DNA of 64,000 nt from an uncultured Eubacteriales bacterium. Lineage in GTDB: Bacteria > Bacillota > Clostridia > Oscillospirales > CAG-382. The stretch is taken from contig CAKSOW010000009.1 of assembly GCA_934479825.1 (NCBI GenBank), forward strand, positions 18,338 through 82,337, read 5' to 3'. Shown here piece after piece: positions 9,307 through 16,806 of this stretch; the first letter of the stretch is position 1, and the number at the start of each line of letters is the position of its first letter. The notes below the pieces were generated by a model. That model was given only the letters and a program-made list of their open reading frames with translations, did not search any database and was not told the origin of the DNA. The translations under genes and the position numbers were made by a program.

Positions 9307-9843
9307 TCACAGGCGGAACGCCAACAATTTGATGGCGAGTCCGAAATAGACGAGCATGGCGCACACGTCTACAAGCGTGGTGATCATGGGAGCTGCCATG
9401 ACAGCCGGGTCAAAATGCAGCTTTTTGGCGAGGATCGGCAGCACCGAGCCGATGCTTTTGGCGATGACAATGGTAAAAAGCATGGCAAGCGAAACCACAA
9501 GCGCGATAAGAACCCGGTCGGGATCTCTTGTCAAAAGCACCACGCGGATAAAGTAGATGGCGGCAAACAGAACGCCGACCACAATCGAAACGCGTAATTC
9601 TTTCCAAAGAATTTTCGGCGCATCGCTGCATTCGAGTTCACCCGTCGTAAGACCGCGGATGACCGTTGTGCTTGCCTGGGAGCCGGAGTTTCCGCCGGTA
9701 TCGAAAATCATGGGCATGAAGGTGACAAGTAGCGGAATCGCCGAGATGGCTTCCTCGAATTTTCCCAGAATCGAGCCGGTGATCGTGCCGGCAACCATGA
9801 GAATGAGCAGCCACAGAATGCGCTTTTTGACAATGGTGAACAC
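9307..9843 (-). CDS. mgtE: MgtE-type Mg2+ transporter, transmembrane domain only (likely 5'-truncated)
   Basis: FDTGGNSGSQASTTVIRGL and PMITTLVDV are typical of the MgtE membrane domain. The N-terminal and CBS domains are absent. The ORF opens with GTG exactly at the junction with the PAP2 remnant. Confidence 0.6.
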   Translation of the reverse strand: MFTIVKKRILWLLILMVAGTITGSILGKFEEAISAIPLLVTFMPMIFDTGGNSGSQASTTVIRGLTTGELECSDAPKILWKELRVSIVVGVLFAAIYFIRVVLLTRDPDRVLIALVVSLAMLFTIVIAKSIGSVLPILAKKLHFDPAVMAAPMITTLVDVCAMLVYFGLAIKLLAFRL

Positions 9844-10040
9844 GCCGGTTTTTATGTTATTGCGGCAACCGTTTTAACCGCCGCCGACCGGCGTTTTGCT
9901 TTTGTGGGCATTCCGCTTGCGGTATTGATCTCGTTTTCCCGGCTTTATCTGTTCGTTCACTTCCGTCCGACATACTCGCCTCGCTCTTTCTCGGCCTTGC
10001 TATCGGAATAAGCGTTTGGAGACTTGGCGGAGCTTTCCTG
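9841..10040 (+). pseudogene. PAP2-family phosphatase C-terminal remnant with a frameshift
   Basis: HAGF...GIPLAVLISFSRLYLFVHF, then PSDILASLFLGLAIGISVW only after a 1-nt shift near 9963. Together these give the SR-x5-H-x3-D PAP2 motif. Confidence 0.45.
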
Positions 10041-10089
10041 AATAAGGAGACTTATTTTTTGAAAAAGCAAAACTCAAGTGAAAAAGTTG

Positions 10090-10118
10090 TTGATTTTTCG
10101 ATCCGTATCCGCTATAAT
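10090..10118 (+). promoter_or_regulatory. Sigma-70-type promoter
   Basis: TTGATT (10090-10095), 17-nt spacer, TATAAT (10113-10118). Confidence 0.5.
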
Positions 10119-10154
10119 GGGCATAGATATTCAAGAGGAAAGGATTACTTCTAT

Positions 10155-11765
10155 ATGGAAAAGCTCTATCGGTATGTAAACGGCGAAACCGACTTATCTT
10201 ACTATGTCGCTACACCGGAAAACTATGACCCCAAGAAAAAATATCCGCTCATTGTGGCGCTTCACGGAGCAGGCACTTTCGGAGACAACCCGAAAGCCAT
10301 TCTTTCAAATCCGGAATATGTCGGCTATAAAAAATTCGCGCCCGACGCCATTTTGCTTTGTCCGCATACGCGCTTTGAGGTATGGAGTTCACAGGTGCGC
10401 CGTCTGAAAGAGGTCATTGACCTTGTATGCGACGCCTATCCGGTGGATATGTTGCGCGTTTCGATCTGCGGCGGCAGTATGGGCGGCTTCGGCGTATGGG
10501 AAATGCTGTGTTCCTATCCCAACTTTTTTGCGGCGGCCTGTGCCATTTGCGGCGGCGGTATGGCGTGGAGAAGCGGTTGTATTGCAGCACTGCCGATCCG
10601 TGTTTATCATGGAGATAAGGATGAAACCGTGCTCCCCGAACGCAGCGCCGAAATGGTAAATGCCATGAAAGCGGCTGTGCCGGACAACAAAGAACTGGAA
10701 TTCATTTTGTGCGAAAACACCGGGCACGACAGCTGGAACCGCCCCTATCTCGAAGACAATATCTTCGCTTGGCTGATTTCCCATAAACGCCGCCGTTTTA
10801 CGGTCTATGCCGGCGGCCCCGAAAAAGGAAGCGGTCTTTATCGGTACACACTTTCGGACGGCAAGATGTACTTTGAGGAAAAATATCCCGATGAAGGAAT
10901 TATGTACTTGAAGATCAAGCGCGGCAAACTGTATGCCCTACTCAATGAACCGTTCGGCAACCGGGAGGGCGGTCTTGTGCGATACGATATCCATGAGGAC
11001 CGATTGACGGCGCGCACGCCCGTTTTCCCGACTTATGGCAAGGCCTCCTGTCATGTGGAAGTTGACGATGAGGGCAACGCGTATATAGCCAACTACTTAA
11101 CCGGCAGTGTGACCAAAATAAATCTTTCGACCGGTACCGCACAATGTGTTTACCATGACGGCGACGGTGTTTCCAAACCGCGTCAGGACAAGGAACACAC
11201 ACATCAGATAGCCTTTACGCCGGACGGAAAGTATTTAACGGTTTGCGATCTCGGAACAGATACGATTCATGTATATGACAAGAATCTGTGTGAAATTTCA
11301 AACGTTTCCGCCGTACCCGGTTCCGGACCGCGGCATCTCGTTTTTTCATCGGACGGTGCCTATGCTTATTGTGTGAACGAGCTCGACAATACCGTGACGG
11401 TATATGCATATGCGGACGGAGTTCTCTCGCGTCTTGATTCTTACGATATGCTCCCGTTCGGTTATGAGGGACTGACAACGGCAGCCGCTATTCGTTTGTG
11501 CGGCAATTATCTGTATGTATCGACGCGCGGGCACGATTCAATCACACGTTTTGCAGTGGATGGCGCCAAGTTGACCTATGTTGACAACACAAAAGTTCAG
11601 GGGACACGTCCGAGGGACATTCACATCTCCCCGGACGGAAAATCTTTGATTTGTGCCAACGAGGGCGGAACTTTAACGCTGTTTGATATCGGTAAAGACG
11701 GTTCGCTCACCTTTACCGGAACGGAATTTGAAGTCCCGTCGGCTCTGTGTGTGGTTTTTAATTAG
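10155..11765 (+). CDS. Fusion protein: alpha/beta-hydrolase (esterase) N-domain plus lactonase-type 7-bladed beta-propeller C-domain
   Basis: GAGGAAAGGA RBS before the ATG at 10155; the ORF track starts at 10059. The N-domain has HGAG, GGSMGG (nucleophile elbow) and HGDKD. The C-domain resembles YbhE/Pgl-type lactonases (YVSTRGHDSITRF, ISPDGK). Confidence 0.75.
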   Translation: MEKLYRYVNGETDLSYYVATPENYDPKKKYPLIVALHGAGTFGDNPKAILSNPEYVGYKKFAPDAILLCPHTRFEVWSSQVRRLKEVIDLVCDAYPVDMLRVSICGGSMGGFGVWEMLCSYPNFFAAACAICGGGMAWRSGCIAALPIRVYHGDKDETVLPERSAEMVNAMKAAVPDNKELEFILCENTGHDSWNRPYLEDNIFAWLISHKRRRFTVYAGGPEKGSGLYRYTLSDGKMYFEEKYPDEGIMYLKIKRGKLYALLNEPFGNREGGLVRYDIHEDRLTARTPVFPTYGKASCHVEVDDEGNAYIANYLTGSVTKINLSTGTAQCVYHDGDGVSKPRQDKEHTHQIAFTPDGKYLTVCDLGTDTIHVYDKNLCEISNVSAVPGSGPRHLVFSSDGAYAYCVNELDNTVTVYAYADGVLSRLDSYDMLPFGYEGLTTAAAIRLCGNYLYVSTRGHDSITRFAVDGAKLTYVDNTKVQGTRPRDIHISPDGKSLICANEGGTLTLFDIGKDGSLTFTGTEFEVPSALCVVFN

Positions 11766-12017
11766 GCCGCTGAATGCATGGCATGTGCAGCCTCGGATGT
11801 TCCCTAAAAAAGCTTTTCTTAAAAGAAACATCCGGCATAAACATTGAAAATTTGACGCGCGGCCGCCCAAATATCCGGGATGCCGCACGTTTGAGCATGT
11901 CTCAAAACTACGTCTTACGGCACACCCCGATTCGTAGTGCATGTCTGCAATTTTTTCGTATTTTCATGGAAATCGCGTTTCGCTCAAAATATCCAAAAAA
12001 ACTATTGCAACAATCTG

Positions 12018-12043
12018 AACCGCCCGAAAAAATCCGGGCGGTT
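12018..12043 (+). terminator. Hairpin terminator
   Basis: Stem aaccgcccg / cgggcggtt followed by ttgctgctttttt. Confidence 0.5.
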
Positions 12044-12067
12044 TTGCTGCTTTTTTCAAAAAATCTA

Positions 12068-12096
12068 TTGGCAACCGAACGTTCGGTAGGTATAAT
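12068..12096 (+). promoter_or_regulatory. Promoter with an embedded 14-bp perfect palindrome (putative TetR operator)
   Basis: TTGGCA, 17-nt spacer, TATAAT. The spacer contains ACCGAACGTTCGGT (12074-12087). Confidence 0.55.
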
Positions 12097-12126
12097 AGAA
12101 ACAGAACTTAGCGGAGGGAATAAACG

Positions 12127-12423
12127 ATGGACAATAAAAATACCAAACAAAGGATCTTGGATGCGGCGTTAGAACTGTTTGCCGAGCAGGGGTTTGAAGC
12201 TACTTCGGTTTTGCAGATTGCTGATGCGGTCGGTATCCGCAAGGCCTCCTTATACAGTCATTATGCAAGCAAACAGGAAATTTTAGAGGCGTTGTTGAAA
12301 GAAACTTTGACGCAATACGACCAACACTCTATCTTTGCAAAGGCAAACTGGGACGATCCTGCCGTTTTCTACGATCAGCGTTCTGGCATAGTCGCCCCAA
12401 ATGCAGTTGCTTTGCGGGCTTAA
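12127..12423 (+). CDS. TetR/AcrR family regulator, N-terminal HTH part only (98 aa; likely 3'-truncated)
   Basis: RILDAALELFAEQGFEATSVLQIADAVGIRKASLYSHY is a TetR helix-turn-helix. Family members are usually about 190 aa. The tail overlaps the convergent M24 ORF. Confidence 0.65.
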   Translation: MDNKNTKQRILDAALELFAEQGFEATSVLQIADAVGIRKASLYSHYASKQEILEALLKETLTQYDQHSIFAKANWDDPAVFYDQRSGIVAPNAVALRA

Positions 12424-12681
12424 ATCTATTGTGATAATATCGTTTGGCTCAATTATGTGGTCATCTGTTTTATACTCACGACCGGATACCGATACAGCGG
12501 TCTTATCACCGGCGAAAACAAAAGCGCCCACATCCCAATACCAAAAGGAATCCGCACCATGGGAGAACATATATGCCTCACACAGTTTGCGAAGCTCAAC
12601 AAGCGTCATGCCGGACACAATAACTGTTGAAGCATATTCAATGGTGGCTCGGTTCAAATTTTGCATTTCGTGAATAGTCAT
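12283..12681 (-). CDS. M24 (pita-bread fold) metallopeptidase-like fragment, likely 3'-truncated
   Basis: NDIITIDLSPQ...IWGDYARTLIVENG matches the first metal-ligand region of M24 peptidases. The later His/Glu ligands are missing. The last ~25 aa run antisense through the TetR gene. Confidence 0.5.
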   Translation of the reverse strand: MTIHEMQNLNRATIEYASTVIVSGMTLVELRKLCEAYMFSHGADSFWYWDVGAFVFAGDKTAVSVSGREYKTDDHIIEPNDIITIDLSPQSNCIWGDYARTLIVENGRIVPVCLCKDRVLVVLRQSFFQQRL

Positions 12682-14376
12682 TTATTTTTCTACGGCAAGC
12701 GTAGCCTCCCATTCTGCTGTGAATTGTCTGATTGTTTGCTGACGGTTGGCACGATCATCACTTACTGCTCTCGTTGCGATCTCAAAGAACTTGTCGCTGA
12801 GCTGCCACTTTTCCCGTGTACGGTTATACTCACCAAAGAGAGCAAAAGCGGTGGCACCAAGAGTATAGACGTTCGTAACTTCGTCAATAGCGGCTCCAAG
12901 CTGATATTCTTCCGGGGATTGGAATCGAGAGCTGCCCCACATACGTCCCATGTCGTTGACGCACGGTTGTTTGCGGAAAAGGTCAATATCGCAGATCGTA
13001 GTCTTTCCGTTCGCAAAGTCATACATAATGCTGCCGTCATAAAAATCTATGGCTACATATTTGCGTGAAGCAACACATTCCAAGAAGCTCAGTATGTCGC
13101 TGAACACGGCGAGCCTGTCATTGATGGGAAGCTGCATAAAGCGACGGTGTGCCGCAGGGTACATTCTGCCCATACAATCGCTATCAGCCCATTTGAATAC
13201 CATAGCGAACCCGTCGCCAATTTCCTTGGCTTCAATAAGTTCGATCAGATTCTCGTGCTTCAGATCGCTGTAAATAGGGAGAGTAGCTTTCAATCTGGAG
13301 ATAGCATCTGCCGGATCGCCGCCAAACTGCTCGGTAGGAGCACCAGCGAACTTAACGAAATAACGCTGACCGTCTTTTTCAGTACCAAAGCAGATGTTTC
13401 CGGAATCCTGGTCATCGTAAACCTTGAACACCGTTCCATACTCTTTCATAAAGCTGAAATCAAAAGCGCTTTTCAGCTTGAAAGGAATCCCGTCGATGTA
13501 CTGCAGATAATATCCTTTGAAATACCATGTCGGCACAGGATTACGCATATTATCGTACCAAGACAGAACCTCCTTGGCTTGGTTCAGCATGGTGTTTACT
13601 TCGTCCTGCCCAAACGGAATTGCCCAATATACAGACGAGAGAGTATTGCTTGAAATGTAAAGTGCAAGCAATTTCCAAAACTCCATAGGTACGTTATCAT
13701 CAAAGTATCCGTTCACCATACCGGATGCAAAGAGGGGAGCTTTCTGAGCGCACCATACAATGCGGTTAAATTCTTCCCACGGATCACCGTAATCGTTACG
13801 GTTAAAGTCAATAATATGGAGCTGCCCGTTACGGTCGATCATCATGTTGCCGATGTGATAATCGCCATGCTGATACACCTGCGGTCTGTCTTTCAGCAAA
13901 TGACGGTTCTCATTTATGTAGTCGATAAATGCCTGTCCGTTTTCATACTTGATGGGGCACTCACCGTACTTTTTGATCTTATAATCCATTTTACGGTTAA
14001 AACGGATTTCCCAATCCTCCTGCGTTGCAGGAGCAGGAATGGAGTGGATCTTGCGAAGAATACGTCCCGCTTCCAAGCCATATACATATTGCTCGGTATC
14101 AGAATAGCTCGACATGACCTGTTCTGCATCCTCGCCGTCAATCCAACTTTGGATGGAATAAACACCATCCTCACAAGTGCCAAACTCGATAGGTTGGCAC
14201 ATAGGCACTCCAAAAGAAGCTACCCGTTTCATCATGTTAAACTCAGACTGCTTTGTGTCGTGCTGTGCAATATCGGAAACACGCAAAAGATACCGTGTGC
14301 CGTTTTCATCGGTAACACAGTATTTTTTATCACTTGACCAGCCTTTATTTATTGGTTCTTTCGTTACAATATTCAT
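12682..14376 (-). CDS. Two-domain kinase: APH-family phosphotransferase (N) fused to a protein-kinase-like domain (C)
   Basis: N-domain: HGDYHIGNMMIDRNGQLHIIDFNRNDYGDPWEEF. C-domain: VAIDFYDGSIMYDF, ICDIDLF, SPEE, DEVTNVYTLGATAF. Confidence 0.75.
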   Translation of the reverse strand: MNIVTKEPINKGWSSDKKYCVTDENGTRYLLRVSDIAQHDTKQSEFNMMKRVASFGVPMCQPIEFGTCEDGVYSIQSWIDGEDAEQVMSSYSDTEQYVYGLEAGRILRKIHSIPAPATQEDWEIRFNRKMDYKIKKYGECPIKYENGQAFIDYINENRHLLKDRPQVYQHGDYHIGNMMIDRNGQLHIIDFNRNDYGDPWEEFNRIVWCAQKAPLFASGMVNGYFDDNVPMEFWKLLALYISSNTLSSVYWAIPFGQDEVNTMLNQAKEVLSWYDNMRNPVPTWYFKGYYLQYIDGIPFKLKSAFDFSFMKEYGTVFKVYDDQDSGNICFGTEKDGQRYFVKFAGAPTEQFGGDPADAISRLKATLPIYSDLKHENLIELIEAKEIGDGFAMVFKWADSDCMGRMYPAAHRRFMQLPINDRLAVFSDILSFLECVASRKYVAIDFYDGSIMYDFANGKTTICDIDLFRKQPCVNDMGRMWGSSRFQSPEEYQLGAAIDEVTNVYTLGATAFALFGEYNRTREKWQLSDKFFEIATRAVSDDRANRQQTIRQFTAEWEATLAVEK

Positions 14377-14393
14377 ATCTTTTCTCCGTAGCT

Positions 14394-15062
14394 CTATCTG
14401 CCAAACACCTTGACATCACCGAGCAGCTTAAGGTTTCCATTATCCACGAGAATTGCGCCAGCTCGCACAGCGGTTGCGTACACGGTTTTACCACGTTCAG
14501 CAAGTACCCGCTGTATCGACTCATTCTGTACTGCCGTTCCCTCATAGTGGACTTCCATGTAAAAATCATTCAGATAAGGAAGCCCCTCATAATACTTAAA
14601 TTCGGGGTAATCATCATCGGGAGACAAATGGTACTCCGCTAACTGAATGACAGCACCGGCGCTATAGCCCATCAGAATCCCATCGTGTTGCATCAAAACA
14701 TCGTACAGATCAAATTCTTTAATCCGATCCATCATTCGGTCAGGCAATCCACCGAGGAAATAAATAATGTCAGCGGTTATGATTTTTTTAGTTGCAGATT
14801 CTTTGGTGTCAGTAAAATAATTGATAAAGTTAATGTTTTCTTCCGGGATACCATACGCAGTGAAGCCTCCAACGATCCCGTCGTGATATTTGCCACATTC
14901 TTTGCTATACAAAGCATTCCAATCAGACAAGGACTTCACACGGTTGTCTCTAAAAGAGAATGCCACGACAGCAACAGAATGATTTGGCTGTATATAGTTC
15001 TTTAATTCGTCATAGAGCCAAGACGCATCTATGTCAAATCCCTCAAGTAAAATGTTAATCAT
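14394..15062 (-). CDS. Peptidase S51 / type-1 glutamine-amidotransferase-like protein
   Basis: IIYFLGGLPDRMM and GILMGYSAGA (nucleophile elbow) are typical of the dipeptidase E family. Confidence 0.6.
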   Translation of the reverse strand: MINILLEGFDIDASWLYDELKNYIQPNHSVAVVAFSFRDNRVKSLSDWNALYSKECGKYHDGIVGGFTAYGIPEENINFINYFTDTKESATKKIITADIIYFLGGLPDRMMDRIKEFDLYDVLMQHDGILMGYSAGAVIQLAEYHLSPDDDYPEFKYYEGLPYLNDFYMEVHYEGTAVQNESIQRVLAERGKTVYATAVRAGAILVDNGNLKLLGDVKVFGR

Positions 15063-15106
15063 GGATTATCTGCCTCTTGCCAGAAAATATAGTTAGTAAT
15101 ACGCCG

Positions 15107-16768
15107 TTAAATCATGCCGAAGTGCGTTAATGCCTCCTTGATCGCTTTTTCTTTGTCCGGGGGGCATTGGGGCTGTTTAGCGTCCTCAGACTTCGGCTTA
15201 TTGTAATTCTCACGCTCGATGATACCGCACTGCTGTTTTACCTGTGCGATATACAAACTGCTGACTTTCAAGCCGCTATGCTCCAGCACATAATCCTTGA
15301 TTTCTTGGTAGGTGGCTTTTTTCTCCGCATCGGTCAGATCAAGCTCGTCCATATCCAAGTTTATCTCGATATGTTGCTTCGCATTAAGTTTGGACAATAA
15401 ACATACCGTCTCCACATGTCCGGTTCTCGGGAACATATCGACGCCCTCGGCACTCACCGTCTGATAGCCGCACGTTTCAAACTCGGCAAGATCCCGTGCC
15501 AAAGTTGCCGGGTCACAGGAAATGTATACGATTCGCTCTGCGCCGAGCGACGCGATCTTGCGGACCGCTTCAATTCCACAGCCTTTGCGCGGCGGATCGA
15601 CGGTAATAACCTGCGGCTTGATATTCTTTAACCGCTCGTCGTCAAGCGCTCCGGATGCGTCAAGACAGAGAAATTCCGCGTCAATTCCACCAGCTTGCGC
15701 GTTAAACGCCGCGTCTTTCACGGCATCCGCCACAATTTCCACGCCGAACAGTCTGGTGTCCGGCCTTGCCATACTTATGCCGACCGAGCCTGTACCGCAA
15801 TACAGATCCAACAGTCTCTCCCCCGGCGCAAGCGCCGCAAAACGTGCGGCAATGCTGTATAAAAGCTCTGCGCCGTCATGATTGACCTGCCAGAACGAGG
15901 CCGGCGACACACGAAACTTTTTGCCGCACAATTCGTCATGCAGGTAGCCGTCGCCGGAAAGCGTGCGCCAGGCACTGCCAAGCACCGCATTGGAATGTTT
16001 GGTGTTCGTATTGATGAGAACCGATGTTATCTGTGGGAATTTTTCCGTAATATACGAAACAAACGCCGTTTCACACGCCGGATTTCCAAGCCGGGCATCC
16101 GCTAAGACCAACGTCAGCACGATCTCCCCCGAGGCGGCCGAGCGCATGTAAATGCTGCGCAAAACGCCGGTACGCGCCGTTTCGTCGTAGGCGGGGATAT
16201 GCTCTTTTTCCGCAAAGGCCAAGACCGCGTCACGTATCTCCGGAAACAGAGGGTGGGCAATCTCGCAGGTCTTATGCGGTATAATCCGGTGCGACACAGC
16301 CGCATAAAAACCGGAAACCGGTTTTCCGTCTGCGTTTGCCACCGGATAAATGGCTTTGTTGCGGTATTTTTCGACTTTCGGCGAGGGATGAAAGGCGTCA
16401 AGCTTCAAGGACAGTCCTCCGATACGGGAAAACGCGTCGTTAATGCTCTGCGCCTTATACCGGCATTCCGCTTCATAGGTTATATGGCCGAACACACAGC
16501 CGCCGCATTTGCCCGATACGGCACAGCCGCCGACGGAGCGATCCGCCGACGGCTGTAAAATGACTTCGGGTATGGCGACGGCATAGTGCTTCAAAACCTT
16601 GATAATTTTGGCGTTTACCACATCGCCCGAACAGGTATTGCGGACAAAGACCGTCTGTCCGTTCGGGGCATGTGCAACGCCGTTTCCGTTCCGGTCCGTT
16701 CCGGTTACAGCCAGTTCGAGCCGATCGTTTTTCTTTAAGGAAAACGACGGGTTTGCACAATTCGTCAT
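15107..16768 (-). CDS. rlmD: 23S rRNA (uracil-C5)-methyltransferase RlmD/RumA family with a ~93-aa C-terminal extension
   Basis: TRAM domain, a Cys cluster (CGGCVFGH...EC), the SAM motif LDLYCGTGS, and the catalytic ISCDPATL. The family usually ends shortly after HVETVCLLSK. Confidence 0.88.
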   Translation of the reverse strand: MTNCANPSFSLKKNDRLELAVTGTDRNGNGVAHAPNGQTVFVRNTCSGDVVNAKIIKVLKHYAVAIPEVILQPSADRSVGGCAVSGKCGGCVFGHITYEAECRYKAQSINDAFSRIGGLSLKLDAFHPSPKVEKYRNKAIYPVANADGKPVSGFYAAVSHRIIPHKTCEIAHPLFPEIRDAVLAFAEKEHIPAYDETARTGVLRSIYMRSAASGEIVLTLVLADARLGNPACETAFVSYITEKFPQITSVLINTNTKHSNAVLGSAWRTLSGDGYLHDELCGKKFRVSPASFWQVNHDGAELLYSIAARFAALAPGERLLDLYCGTGSVGISMARPDTRLFGVEIVADAVKDAAFNAQAGGIDAEFLCLDASGALDDERLKNIKPQVITVDPPRKGCGIEAVRKIASLGAERIVYISCDPATLARDLAEFETCGYQTVSAEGVDMFPRTGHVETVCLLSKLNAKQHIEINLDMDELDLTDAEKKATYQEIKDYVLEHSGLKVSSLYIAQVKQQCGIIERENYNKPKSEDAKQPQCPPDKEKAIKEALTHFGMI

Positions 16769-16806
16769 ATCAATATTTCTTTTCTGTCTGTTTAATGGAC
16801 TAGCGC

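Larger units (their letters stand above)
12350..15390. other. Lower-GC block, possibly the remnant of an element integrated at the 3' end of rlmD
   Basis: Visibly more AT-rich than the flanks. It is bounded by the truncated TetR/M24 junction and by the point where canonical RlmD would end (about 15389). No integrase is present. Confidence 0.35.
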
